From Minisyncoccota bacterium (GTDB taxonomy: Bacteria > Patescibacteriota > Minisyncoccia > Phycocordibacterales > UBA9973), in contig JBAZYS010000002.1 in assembly GCA_041659205.1 (NCBI GenBank), positions 87,806 to 151,805 on the forward strand: a DNA stretch of 64,000 nt. The letters run 5' to 3'. The notes below the pieces were generated by a model. The model was not told where the DNA came from. It worked only from the letters and a program-made list of their open reading frames with translations, and searched no databases. Below are positions 45,812 to 54,336 of this stretch, piece after piece (the first letter of the stretch is position 1; the number at the start of each line of letters is the position of its first letter). The translations under genes were made by a program, and so were the position numbers.

Positions 45812-45900
45812 GGAAGCGAAAAGCTTTTACCTATTTTTTTATAAAAAATGTAAAAGGTATACTGTTCTCGTAGAGAAAGATTTCCTACTGAGGGCACAAA
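45812..45900 (+). repeat. conserved ~85-bp module downstream of tRNA-Arg, ending in a direct repeat of the tRNA 3' end (CCTACTGAGGGCAC)
   Basis: About 85% identical to 52636..52725. Contains AAAAGGTATACTGTTC (-10-like TATACT). The final 14 nt exactly repeat the 3' end of this locus's tRNA. Confidence 0.6.
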
Positions 45901-46407
45901 CTAAAATCCTAGGACTTCCATGATTTTTTCGGAAGCGTGTTCTTTCATCTCTTCTTCTTTAATATTTTTTGAAGTCATCACTGAATGAATATCCCCTGCA
46001 AGTGTTTCATTTATTGGAATGGAGATTATTGGCATGAAAGCTCTTTCCGTATGGATAAAAAATAATGGTTTTAGATAAGCTGGATTGTTTACTTCATTGG
46101 TATTATCCAACTGAACGTAAAAAGATTTAATATTTTCATAAGGATACACCCGGTCATGGATTTTAAACCCAGTTTCATTTAATTCATAGGTGACCATCTC
46201 TGGCTTTTTCATTGCGAAAAATCCGAGGAGCACTCCAGAGAGCAAAAGCAGAGCCGCGAAAAAATAATTTTCAAAAATGATTGAAGCGATGGAGCTCGTC
46301 ACGACAATTATGCCGAGGGCCCAGAACCAATCTTGGCTTCTGTCTTTTTCTTCATATTCCAAAGCGGACCAAACTAGTCTTTCATTTGATCTTTCTATTA
46401 TTTCCAT
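45901..46407 (-). CDS. hypothetical membrane protein (two TM helices, PH-like C-terminal region)
   Basis: Two adjacent TM helices after an acidic N-terminus. No catalytic motif. Confidence 0.4.
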   Translation of the reverse strand: MEIIERSNERLVWSALEYEEKDRSQDWFWALGIIVVTSSIASIIFENYFFAALLLLSGVLLGFFAMKKPEMVTYELNETGFKIHDRVYPYENIKSFYVQLDNTNEVNNPAYLKPLFFIHTERAFMPIISIPINETLAGDIHSVMTSKNIKEEEMKEHASEKIMEVLGF

Positions 46408-46427
46408 GATTTTATTATATCACGTTT

Positions 46428-48056
46428 TTAGTTTTTTCCATGGATAGGAACACCTAGAAATCTCAGTGCATCTTCTGATTTTTTAAAAATTAAACCTTTT
46501 TGTTTCAAGTTTTTATACTTATGAGACAATTCTTCTATTAAGGGAAGATTGCTTGGATTTATTCCTGTTAAAATTGCCTGTTGTCCTCCTTTTTCTATGA
46601 TATCGATGATTTCATCGAGGGCTTCAACTCCATCGGTATCAATAAAATGAACCCTGCGAAGCCTCAGTATAATGTACTTGTATTTTTTTGTATTTGTTTC
46701 AAAGCGTTCCACATGAGCGCGGCTATTTATATAACATAATTCACCCTTAAAAGAATAAAGCAAAACGTCGCCTTCTTTTATGTCATTTAATTTTGTATCT
46801 GAAACAGAATGAATTAATCCTTCGTCAAATTTATTTACTTTTAAGTTAAAATGTCCATGAGAAATCCTATCGACGAAAATAAGAAGAGATATAGAGACAC
46901 CGAGAAGGATGCCTACGATTGGGTCCTTTACGATTGTCACAAGAGCGACAAATAAAGAAACAAAAAATCCAGATTTTTGGTAAGACCACAATTTTTCATA
47001 ATGTTCTTTTTCTACCATTTGAATAGCTACAAAGACTAAAATAGCAGCAATGACTGCGAGAGGAATGTATTTAAAATATCCCAAAAGGAGAAGTGAAATG
47101 AGGGCCACACTAAGGACACTGATGATTGCAGAATATCTACTTGTGGCACCAGTTTTAATATTTAGAGAAGTCCTCGCTAGGGCAGCTGTCGCTGGCATGC
47201 CCCCAACCAGGCCAGAAAAAATATTTGCTAGCCCAAGGCCGAACATTTCTTTTCTTCCGTTGTGTTTTGTGTGAGTCATTCCGTCTGCTATTTTTGCTGA
47301 AAGCATTGTTTCTAAAATGGCGACGAGGGCGACGACCATAGCTGTCTCCAGCATGAATGAAGAAAATTCTAAATGGGGCATTCTAAAAAATTGGAAACTT
47401 ATATCTCCAAACTTGCTACCGAGCGTCTGAAGTGTAAAGGGGATAGTATGCGTTTCACTTAAATAACCAAGCAATATACCTAGGGGAGCAAGTGCAATCG
47501 CACCAGGTATTTTTTGTGTAATTTTTCTAAATAAAATAAGTCCTAGGAGAAAAATTATAAAAACAGCAAAAGTAATCCAAGAAATACTGGAGAAGTGTTT
47601 GATGGACTCTAGTGTGTTGGAAAAGAGATTTTCATGCTGGGGAATGTTTTGTAAACCGAGTGCAAAGTTCATTTGACCAAGTCCAATGATGAAAGCCACT
47701 CCCAGGGTAAAGCCGTGAATGACGCTAGAGGGGATGAGGACGAGGTACCTTTCAAGTTTTAGAACATAAGCAATGAGGATAAAAATTCCAGCGATAAAAG
47801 TGAGCATTGGTAGGCCACTTAGTCCATGTAGTAAAACATAAGTAGCGACTATTCCAGAGAGTGCTCCTGTGGGTCCGACAATATTAAAATTACTTCCACC
47901 GAATATGGCAGCGATGAGTCCCGCCCAAATGGCCGTGATAATGCCGATGACTGGAGTCGCCCCAGAAGCTACAGCTAGGGAGACTGATAAGGGTATTGAA
48001 ATAAGGGAAACTGTAAGGCCAGACTTCAAGTTTTTTTTAATATTTTCTAAAATCAT
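46428..48056 (-). CDS. SulP-family anion permease with C-terminal STAS domain
   Basis: N-terminal SulP signature (SLISIPLSVSLAVASGATPVIGIITAIWAGLIAAIFGGSNFNIVGPTGALS). About 11 TM helices. C-terminal STAS fold. Confidence 0.85.
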   Translation of the reverse strand: MILENIKKNLKSGLTVSLISIPLSVSLAVASGATPVIGIITAIWAGLIAAIFGGSNFNIVGPTGALSGIVATYVLLHGLSGLPMLTFIAGIFILIAYVLKLERYLVLIPSSVIHGFTLGVAFIIGLGQMNFALGLQNIPQHENLFSNTLESIKHFSSISWITFAVFIIFLLGLILFRKITQKIPGAIALAPLGILLGYLSETHTIPFTLQTLGSKFGDISFQFFRMPHLEFSSFMLETAMVVALVAILETMLSAKIADGMTHTKHNGRKEMFGLGLANIFSGLVGGMPATAALARTSLNIKTGATSRYSAIISVLSVALISLLLLGYFKYIPLAVIAAILVFVAIQMVEKEHYEKLWSYQKSGFFVSLFVALVTIVKDPIVGILLGVSISLLIFVDRISHGHFNLKVNKFDEGLIHSVSDTKLNDIKEGDVLLYSFKGELCYINSRAHVERFETNTKKYKYIILRLRRVHFIDTDGVEALDEIIDIIEKGGQQAILTGINPSNLPLIEELSHKYKNLKQKGLIFKKSEDALRFLGVPIHGKN

Positions 48057-48228
48057 AATTTTTTATTTAAACTAGTAATTTATACACGAAAAAAAAGTTC
48101 GGTATTGCTACCGGACAGATACTACTCAACTAGGTGAACAGATCTGCTCTTTATAGTTCTTAGAGAGATAAAATAATCTCGCTTGTTTTCATAATAGCGA
48201 AAATTTAAAAAACAGGCAAATATTTTGT

Positions 48229-48453
48229 TTAGAATTTTAGAAACTCAAGGAGTTTGTATACTAAAAATGCTGGCCAGACGAAAGCTTTAAGAACACCAAG
48301 CACTCCCATCCAGAAAGTATCTGCGTGTTGTATAAAATAAATAAGTGCACCGATTAAACCTAAACCATATGCGGCACTAGACGGCCCGCCCATGTTTTTA
48401 TTTCCACACTTTTTATTGCTAATTGAATCAACTTTTATAGTTTCTTGTTCCAT
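48229..48453 (-). CDS. small membrane protein with a glycine-zipper helix
   Basis: 74 aa. GGPSSAAYGLGLIGALIYF followed by a second TM helix. Confidence 0.35.
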   Translation of the reverse strand: MEQETIKVDSISNKKCGNKNMGGPSSAAYGLGLIGALIYFIQHADTFWMGVLGVLKAFVWPAFLVYKLLEFLKF

Positions 48454-48488
48454 GGTCTAATTTTATCAAACGAGATAAAACAATCAAG

Positions 48489-48573
48489 CGGAGGCGGTGA
48501 GATTCGAACTCACGGTGGGTTGCCCCACTCCTGTTTTCAAGACAGGTGCACTAAGCCTCTATGCGACGCCTCC
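48489..48573 (-). tRNA. tRNA-Ser (anticodon TGA), type II with long variable arm
   Basis: 85-nt cloverleaf: acceptor GGAGGCG, anticodon stem-loop CCTGT-CTTGAAA-ACAGG, variable arm GTGGGGCAACCCAC, T-arm GTGAGTTCGAATCTCAC. Confidence 0.85.
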
Positions 48574-48684
48574 AATATTTAATTACTGACGAACCTATTT
48601 GTAACCTTACTTTATTTTAAGGCTTTTCTCAAGTCAGATTATCTTTTGAATATTAAAATACCCCTTTCGGGGTATTTTAGATTT

Positions 48685-48948
48685 TTATTTAACTGGTAGT
48701 TCTGGTTGCTTTTCTCTTTTTAGAATTTCCTCTATATCAGCCCATTTCTTTTTTGCTACATAGAAAATATATACAAGCTCTAAGATTCCAGCGGTGTTAA
48801 GCACAAGGAGTGCTAAGAACCATCCTTTTTTGTCATTTTTTGACGCTATCCACAATGCACAACCTTTCCAAAACAAAGACCATATTGCTATTAATAAAAA
48901 AGTCAAACCCCAGCTACTACTCATAAACAATGGATTAAATTGGTTCAT
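48685..48948 (-). CDS. small two-TM membrane protein, hypothetical
   Basis: 87 aa with two hydrophobic helices and a Lys-rich C-terminus. Confidence 0.35.
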   Translation of the reverse strand: MNQFNPLFMSSSWGLTFLLIAIWSLFWKGCALWIASKNDKKGWFLALLVLNTAGILELVYIFYVAKKKWADIEEILKREKQPELPVK

Positions 48949-48993
48949 ACTTATATTATACTATAGATAAATTTCTATGCTAGTATTCTATAT

Positions 48994-49443
48994 ATGAGAT
49001 TTTTAGGTATAGATTATGGGACGAAAAGGATTGGGATAGCTATTTCAGACGAGAATGGCACCCTTGCTTTCCCTAAAGAGATTGTTTTAAACGATGCAAG
49101 TACCTTCAAAAGGATTGGTGATCTTCTTAAAAAAGAAAATATAAAAGAAATCATAGTCGGAGAGTCAGTAGATTTTTCAGGTAAGTTAAACGTCCTCTCT
49201 GGCAGGATTGAAGTCTTTATTCTAGAATTGAAAGAGAAGTTTAAATTGCCAGTCCATAAACAAAAAGAATTTCTAACTTCAGTCGAAGCCCGCAAGATGG
49301 GAAGTAGTAAAAAAGATTTCAACCAAGGTCAGTCGCACAGTAAAGTAAAACAGATAAAATCTGGCCGAGTAGACGCATCAGCCGCCGCACTTATTTTGCA
49401 AAGATATTTAGACAAAATAAATAAAAATGACTTGTCCCGTTAG
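48994..49443 (+). CDS. ruvX: Holliday-junction-resolvase-like / pre-16S rRNA nuclease YqgF (RuvX)
   Basis: MRFLGIDYGTKRIGIAISD N-terminus with RNase-H-like fold. Confidence 0.85.
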   Translation: MRFLGIDYGTKRIGIAISDENGTLAFPKEIVLNDASTFKRIGDLLKKENIKEIIVGESVDFSGKLNVLSGRIEVFILELKEKFKLPVHKQKEFLTSVEARKMGSSKKDFNQGQSHSKVKQIKSGRVDASAAALILQRYLDKINKNDLSR

Positions 49444-49473
49444 ATTTTTTACTAATTTTTAATAAAAATAATT

Positions 49474-49854
49474 ATGCAAGAAGAAGATAAAAATAAAGAA
49501 GAGGTTAGTATCAAAAAATCTAATGGGATTAACATAGAAGATTTTAAAAAAGTTAATATCGTCGTTGGGCAGATACTGTCTGCAGAAAAAGTTCCTGAGA
49601 CGGACAAATTATTGAAACTCTCTGTTGATTTAGGAGAGGTGATTCCCAGACAAATTGTTTCTGGCATTTCACTTTATTTCCCAGACTGCTCAGTGCTAGT
49701 GGGGAAAAAATGTATGTTTGTCGCTAATTTAGAGCCAAGGATGATCCGAGGTATTGAAAGTAACGGAATGATATTGGCAGTCTCTACCGAAGATGGAAAA
49801 TTCTCTTTACTCTCACCCAATGACGAAATTCCCGTAGGGGCCACTGCAAAATAA
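49474..49854 (+). CDS. tRNA-binding (Myf/EMAP/CsaA-like) domain protein
   Basis: DFKKVNIVVGQILSAEKVPETDKLLKLSVDLGE...IVSGI matches the OB-fold tRNA-binding domain found at MetRS/PheT C-termini and in CsaA. Confidence 0.75.
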   Translation: MQEEDKNKEEVSIKKSNGINIEDFKKVNIVVGQILSAEKVPETDKLLKLSVDLGEVIPRQIVSGISLYFPDCSVLVGKKCMFVANLEPRMIRGIESNGMILAVSTEDGKFSLLSPNDEIPVGATAK

Positions 49855-49891
49855 TGGCGATAAAAAGATGAATATCGTATAATATTGTTAT

Positions 49892-50986
49892 ATGTTTGGT
49901 AATTCATTTAATAAACTTTTTCTCAAACTTTTTCCTACACCTAAATTTTTATCAGAACCTTTTTTTGGTTTGGATATTTCTGACGAATCATTGAAATATG
50001 TAGAACTTATTACGACGAAGGACGGCATTAAGACTGGACGATATGGAGAACGAAGTATTCCACCAGGGGTTATTGAGTCTGGAAAAATTAAAGATTCAAA
50101 GAAGATGGAGGAAATTTTACTGAAGTTGAAAAAAGAAGAAGGAGTGAAGTTTGTGCGTGTTTCTTTGCCGGAAGAGCAAGTTTATCTTTTTGCTTTAAAA
50201 TTAGAAAAATTAGGTTTGAAAAATATTCGTGAAGGGATTGAGCTTGCTCTCGAGGACCATATCCCAATAGCAGCCCAAGATACTATTTTTGACTATGAGT
50301 TAGTCAGCGAAAGTACTCAAAATTTGGAGGTGCAAGTCACCGCTATCCCCAAAAATATAATTGAGAATTATTTATTGATTTTTCAACATTCTGAAATAAC
50401 TGTTAAAGCTTTTGAGCTGGAAGCACAAGCAGTTTCTCGAGCTGTTATAGAAAAAGGAGATATGGATACTTATATGGTTGTGGATTTTGGTAAAAAAAGG
50501 ACTGGTATTTTTATTGTTTCAAAAGGGATTGTTGTTTTCACCTTCACTCTAGATTTGGGGGGAATAATGTTGACCAAAATGATTCAAAAAAACTTCAATA
50601 CAACTTTTGAGGAAGCAGAAAAAATGAAAGAAGAGTATGGGCTAGAAAGAAATACTGACAATAAAGAAATCTTTGCTGTGCTTTTAAATAGTGTTTCAGT
50701 ATTGCGCGACGAGATTGTTAAACATTTTATGTTTTGGCAAACACATAAAGATGAAGATGGTAAAAATAATCCTCCGATAAAAAAGATAATTCTTTGCGGA
50801 GGGGATTCAAACTTAATAGGACTTGCTGATTATATTTCAGTTAGCATGAAAAGTACGGTGGAGATGGGGAATGTTTGGACTAATATATTAAATAGAGAGG
50901 ATTCTGTTCCAGATATGACTTTCCGAAAATCACTTGCATTCGCGACAGCCGTGGGCTTAGCTTTAGGGGATTTAAATAATAGATAA
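49892..50986 (+). CDS. pilM: type IV pilus assembly protein PilM (actin-like ATPase fold)
   Basis: FFGLDISDESLKYVEL N-terminal motif. Followed by pilN/pilO-like genes. Confidence 0.8.
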   Translation: MFGNSFNKLFLKLFPTPKFLSEPFFGLDISDESLKYVELITTKDGIKTGRYGERSIPPGVIESGKIKDSKKMEEILLKLKKEEGVKFVRVSLPEEQVYLFALKLEKLGLKNIREGIELALEDHIPIAAQDTIFDYELVSESTQNLEVQVTAIPKNIIENYLLIFQHSEITVKAFELEAQAVSRAVIEKGDMDTYMVVDFGKKRTGIFIVSKGIVVFTFTLDLGGIMLTKMIQKNFNTTFEEAEKMKEEYGLERNTDNKEIFAVLLNSVSVLRDEIVKHFMFWQTHKDEDGKNNPPIKKIILCGGDSNLIGLADYISVSMKSTVEMGNVWTNILNREDSVPDMTFRKSLAFATAVGLALGDLNNR

Positions 50987-50987
50987 T

Positions 50988-51530
50988 ATGATAAATTTAA
51001 TACCAAAAGAAGAGAAGAAAAAGATGACCATGGGTTTTTATTTTAAACTCGGTATATTGTTCTTTTTTATGGTAGATTTCTGTATTTTAGTTGCATTCTT
51101 TTCTTTTCTTCCATCATATTTTATTTCCTCAGTGAAATATTCTCTTATTGGTGAAAAGCTCGAAGCCCAAAAACTTGAACCATTGCCACCACTTGGTGAA
51201 CAATCCCTTGCTCTTGTTAAAGATATAAATTCTAAGCTTGATCTAATTGAAAAATTTGAAAAGAATAGATTTCTTGTCTCTGGTAAAGTTATTAACTCAA
51301 TACTTTTAAAGAAAAGGTCTGATATTAAAATTACTCAAATTTTATATGAAAACAGTGAGGCAAAAGGTAAAAAAATTAGCATTACTGGCTCAGCTCCTTC
51401 TCGTGAAGTTTTGCTTTTATTTCGCCAGGCCCTAGAAGATAGCCCAAATTTTAAAAATATTGATTTACCCGTTTCAAATTTTGTGAAAGGAAGTAATATT
51501 AGTTTTTATTTAACCTTAATTCCTTCCTAG
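50988..51530 (+). CDS. pilN: type IV pilus assembly protein PilN-like (N-terminal TM + coiled coil)
   Basis: Bitopic protein downstream of pilM, with coupled start/stop. Confidence 0.6.
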   Translation: MINLIPKEEKKKMTMGFYFKLGILFFFMVDFCILVAFFSFLPSYFISSVKYSLIGEKLEAQKLEPLPPLGEQSLALVKDINSKLDLIEKFEKNRFLVSGKVINSILLKKRSDIKITQILYENSEAKGKKISITGSAPSREVLLLFRQALEDSPNFKNIDLPVSNFVKGSNISFYLTLIPS

Positions 51531-51531
51531 T

Positions 51532-52071
51532 ATGAAAAATAACTTTCAAAAAATATTACTGGCTATCTCCGCAATGCTTTTATTAGTTTGTTCTTTTGCT
51601 TTCATTTTTTTATTTAATAAAATAAATGACAATAATCAAAAAATTGAGCAGGATACTATAAATTTACAAACGGAAGCACGTAGGCGTGAAGACATGTTGT
51701 CTCTCAACAGATCATTACAGAAGATTGTTGACGACAGAGCCTTGCTGGAAAGTCACTTTATAAAAAGTTCCGATGTTGTTCCATTTTTAAACATGATTGA
51801 AAAATTAGCACAAGATGCTGGCGTCTCGGCGCAAATTGATTCTGTTAATTCAAAAACAAATAACCAGGAATTAACAGTGGAGCTAAGAGCTTCAGGTGTA
51901 TTTGAAACAGTCTATAAATTTTTAATCCTTTTAGAAAATTCTCCTTATGAAATTGATTTTTTATTAACAGACATACATAGGACTTCATCTTCAGTCGTTG
52001 TTGGTAAAATTCCCGAGGTTTCAAAGTGGGAGGCAATTTTTAAAATACAACTAATAAGCTACATACCATAA
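51532..52071 (+). CDS. pilO: type IV pilus assembly protein PilO-like
   Basis: N-terminal TM, coiled coil, C-terminal ferredoxin-like region. Operon position after pilN. Confidence 0.55.
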   Translation: MKNNFQKILLAISAMLLLVCSFAFIFLFNKINDNNQKIEQDTINLQTEARRREDMLSLNRSLQKIVDDRALLESHFIKSSDVVPFLNMIEKLAQDAGVSAQIDSVNSKTNNQELTVELRASGVFETVYKFLILLENSPYEIDFLLTDIHRTSSSVVVGKIPEVSKWEAIFKIQLISYIP

Positions 52072-52072
52072 T

Positions 52073-52381
52073 ATGAAAATAGAATTCTTTAAAAAAGAAA
52101 ATAATTTTAAGAAAAAAGATTTTAATCTCAACCCCAATTTTTATTGGAAAATAGCTGTTATTTTTACATTTTTATGCATGGCTCTCATTTTCTTTTTTGC
52201 TTATCGTCTTTTTAGTCAAATAGAGGGAGAATCTGTTTTGCCAATTGCGAGTATCAATGGACAGATTCCAATGGTAAAGGAAAGTCGTATGCATAACGCA
52301 CTTTTTTACTTTACAGAGAAAGAACAAAAATCAGCAGAAATTTTAATTGCTCCATTTGCCATCGTTGACCCTTCTCTTTAA
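52073..52381 (+). CDS. small membrane protein, last gene of the pilMNO operon (PilP-like position)
   Basis: Single TM. Translationally coupled to pilO. Confidence 0.35.
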   Translation: MKIEFFKKENNFKKKDFNLNPNFYWKIAVIFTFLCMALIFFFAYRLFSQIEGESVLPIASINGQIPMVKESRMHNALFYFTEKEQKSAEILIAPFAIVDPSL

Positions 52382-52418
52382 AAATGCTAATTTGAATATG
52401 TTCTACGTTATATATTTT

Positions 52419-52494
52419 GCGCGGTTAGCTCAGTTGGTAGAGCAACCCGTTTACACCGGGAAGGTCGCAGGTTCGAGTCCTGCACCGCGCACCA
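52419..52494 (+). tRNA. tRNA-Val (anticodon TAC), CCA encoded
   Basis: GCGCGGTTAGCTCAGTTGGTAGAGCAACCCGTTTACACCGGGAAGGTCGCAGGTTCGAGTCCTGCACCGCGCACCA. Confidence 0.9.
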
Positions 52495-52504
52495 GTCTTC
52501 CATT

Positions 52505-52576
52505 GCCCTTGTAGTTCAATGGATAGAACGAAGCTCTTCTAAGGCTTTGATGTAGGTTCGATTCCTACCAAGGGCA
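52505..52576 (+). tRNA. tRNA-Arg (anticodon TCT)
   Basis: GCCCTTGTAGTTCAATGGATAGAACGAAGCTCTTCTAAGGCTTTGATGTAGGTTCGATTCCTACCAAGGGCA. Anticodon loop CTTCTAA. Confidence 0.85.
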
Positions 52577-52635
52577 CAAAATAAACGAAGTGTATTTCGG
52601 GCCCGAGAACAAGCAAATTTATTTGCTTGTGTGTA

Positions 52636-52725
52636 GAAATCGAAAAGCTTTTCCTTATTTTTTTTAAAAAAATGGAAAAGGTATACTGTTCCTGTAAGGA
52701 AAGATTACCCTACCAAGGGCACAAA
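52636..52725 (+). repeat. conserved ~85-bp module downstream of tRNA-Arg(TCT), ending in a 19-nt exact repeat of the tRNA 3' end (CCTACCAAGGGCACAAAAT)
   Basis: Homologous to 45812..45900. Contains AAAAGGTATACTGTTC. It is followed by two mutually exclusive hairpins (GTAAAGCA-AGTAAAC-TGCTTTAC or GCAAGTAA-ACTGCT-TTACTTGC) before the rluA-family gene. Confidence 0.6.
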
Positions 52726-52768
52726 ATGCGTAAAGCAAGTAAACTGCTTTACTTGCGACCTAAAATTT

Positions 52769-53497
52769 ATGACAACTAAAATAAAAATTTTATTTGAAGA
52801 TTCTAATATTCTAGCTATTGATAAGCCAGCGGGTATTTCTGTGCACGGGGATGGTAGGAGTAAAGATAAAACAATTGCTGATTGGGTACTAAAAAATTAC
52901 CCAAAAATGAAAAATGTTGGCGAGCCAATGTTTTTTGACAACAAAGGCGAAAGACTTGAAATAAAAAGGCCGGGCATTGTTCATAGACTAGACCGAGATA
53001 CTTCTGGTGTTCTGCTTTTGGCAAAAAACAAGAAAGCTTATGAATTTCTGAAGAGTCAATTTCAAAATAGAGAAATTAAAAAAACCTATGTCACAATTGT
53101 TTCTGGTTTTATAAAAGACGATAGGGGAGTAATAAATAAGCCAATTGGCCGAAGTCCTGCAGATTTTCGTCGATATCTCTCTGGCCGGGGAGTTCGTGGG
53201 GAAACAAGAGAAGCCGTTACTCAGTATAAAGTCTTAAAGAGATTCGAGGCCCCAACCAAGTTTACATATTTAGAAGTCTATCCTAAGACTGGTCGGACGC
53301 ACCAGATTCGAGTTCATATGAAATACTTAAATCATCCAGTTGTTTGTGATGAGCTCTATAACCCTGGCGCCCCTTGTCCCAAAGAGATAAAACGCATGGC
53401 CCTCCATGCTAAATCTATTGAATTTAAAGATTTGAAAGGAAAGACCATAAAAGTGGAATCACCTTTGCCTTTAATGTTTAGAAAAGTAATAGCTTAG
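52769..53497 (+). CDS. RluA-family pseudouridine synthase
   Basis: ILAIDKPAGISVHG and HRLDRDTSGVLLLAKN catalytic Asp motif. Confidence 0.85.
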   Translation: MTTKIKILFEDSNILAIDKPAGISVHGDGRSKDKTIADWVLKNYPKMKNVGEPMFFDNKGERLEIKRPGIVHRLDRDTSGVLLLAKNKKAYEFLKSQFQNREIKKTYVTIVSGFIKDDRGVINKPIGRSPADFRRYLSGRGVRGETREAVTQYKVLKRFEAPTKFTYLEVYPKTGRTHQIRVHMKYLNHPVVCDELYNPGAPCPKEIKRMALHAKSIEFKDLKGKTIKVESPLPLMFRKVIA

Positions 53498-53552
53498 TAT
53501 TTTTTGTTTATTGATTGCCTTTAAAAATCTTTTGTGTTAAAGTGCCTTTACT

Positions 53553-53975
53553 ATGGCAGGAAATAAAATTAATAAAATAAAATTTAGTCCAGTAGATATT
53601 GAAGAGCGAAAAAAGCTTGATTTCAAGGCTGGAGACACAGTTTCTGTATCATCAAAGATTATTGATGAAAAGGGCAAGTCTCGTTTTCAGGTTTTCGAAG
53701 GTATTGTCCTTGCTCGCAAGCATGGAGGAGAGGCAGGAGCTACTTTTACCGTTAGGAAAATCGCTTCCGGTGTTGGAGTTGAAAGAATCTTCCCTTTATA
53801 TTCTCCAATGATAGGAGAAATTAAAATAACCAAAAGAGCTCGTGCCCGCAGAAGTAAACTCTACTATATCCGTACAAAAGCTGTAAAAGATGTCCGCCGC
53901 AAGATGCGTTCTGTCGCAAACCAAATAGAAGGAGAGCCGGATGTTGCAGAAGTAGTAGAAAAGGCAGCAGAATAA
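53553..53975 (+). CDS. rplS: 50S ribosomal protein L19
   Basis: FKAGDTVSV...FQVFEGIV...ERIFPLYSP matches L19. Confidence 0.9.
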   Translation: MAGNKINKIKFSPVDIEERKKLDFKAGDTVSVSSKIIDEKGKSRFQVFEGIVLARKHGGEAGATFTVRKIASGVGVERIFPLYSPMIGEIKITKRARARRSKLYYIRTKAVKDVRRKMRSVANQIEGEPDVAEVVEKAAE

Positions 53976-53993
53976 AAATAAACAAACAAAAAA

Positions 53994-54020
53994 ATCCATT
54001 TCACAAAAGTGGATTTTTTT
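53994..54020 (+). terminator. rho-independent terminator after rplS (ATCCA-TTTCACAAAAG-TGGAT + T7)
   Basis: Stem-loop followed by TTTTTTT. Confidence 0.7.
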
Positions 54021-54046
54021 GTTAGAGTTTGTTTGGTGTTGTTTTT

Positions 54047-54128
54047 GCCCAGGTGGAGAAACTGGTAGACTTACTACCTTGAGGTGGTAGCGCCGAAAGG
54101 CATGGGGGTTCGAGTCCCCCCCTGGGCA
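54047..54128 (+). tRNA. tRNA-Leu (anticodon GAG), long variable arm
   Basis: GCCCAGGTGGAGAAACTGGTAGACTTACTACCTTGAGGTGGTAGCGCCGAAAGGCATGGGGGTTCGAGTCCCCCCTGGGCA. Confidence 0.85.
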
Positions 54129-54147
54129 CAAAAGCGAAGCTTTTGTG

Positions 54148-54213
54148 AGTCCGCAGCGCGACGGCGCGAGGAGCGGGCCGCGAAATTTTTCAGCAGAAAA
54201 ATATTTGCGACCC
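54148..54213 (+). repeat. GC-rich miniature repeat family 2, copy 2
   Basis: AGTCCGCAGCGCGACGGCGCGAGGAGCGGGCCGCGAAATTTTTCAGCAGAAAAATATTTGCGACCC. The hairpin GCGC-GACG-GCGC covaries with GCCC-GACG-GGGC in copy 3. It sits between tRNA-Leu and tRNA-His. Confidence 0.7.
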
Positions 54214-54260
54214 AAATGATTAGCATTTTTATGCTTTTTTTGTTATAACTATTCATACAT

Positions 54261-54336
54261 GGTGCCTATGGTGTAATGGTTAGCACTAGAGCTTGTGGAG
54301 CTCTTAGTCAGGGTTCGAATCCCTGTAGGCACCCCA
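54261..54336 (+). tRNA. tRNA-His (anticodon GTG) with encoded G-1 and CCA
   Basis: G-GTGCCTATGGTGTAATGGTTAGCACTAGAGCTTGTGGAGCTCTTAGTCAGGGTTCGAATCCCTGTAGGCACCCCA. Anticodon loop TTGTGGA. Confidence 0.85.

Noticed and set aside
54276-54335. N-terminal 20-codon extension of the ORF-track CDS 54276..55283
   Set aside because: It overlaps tRNA-His (54261..54336). The conserved LMW-PTP sequence begins at the ATG at 54336.
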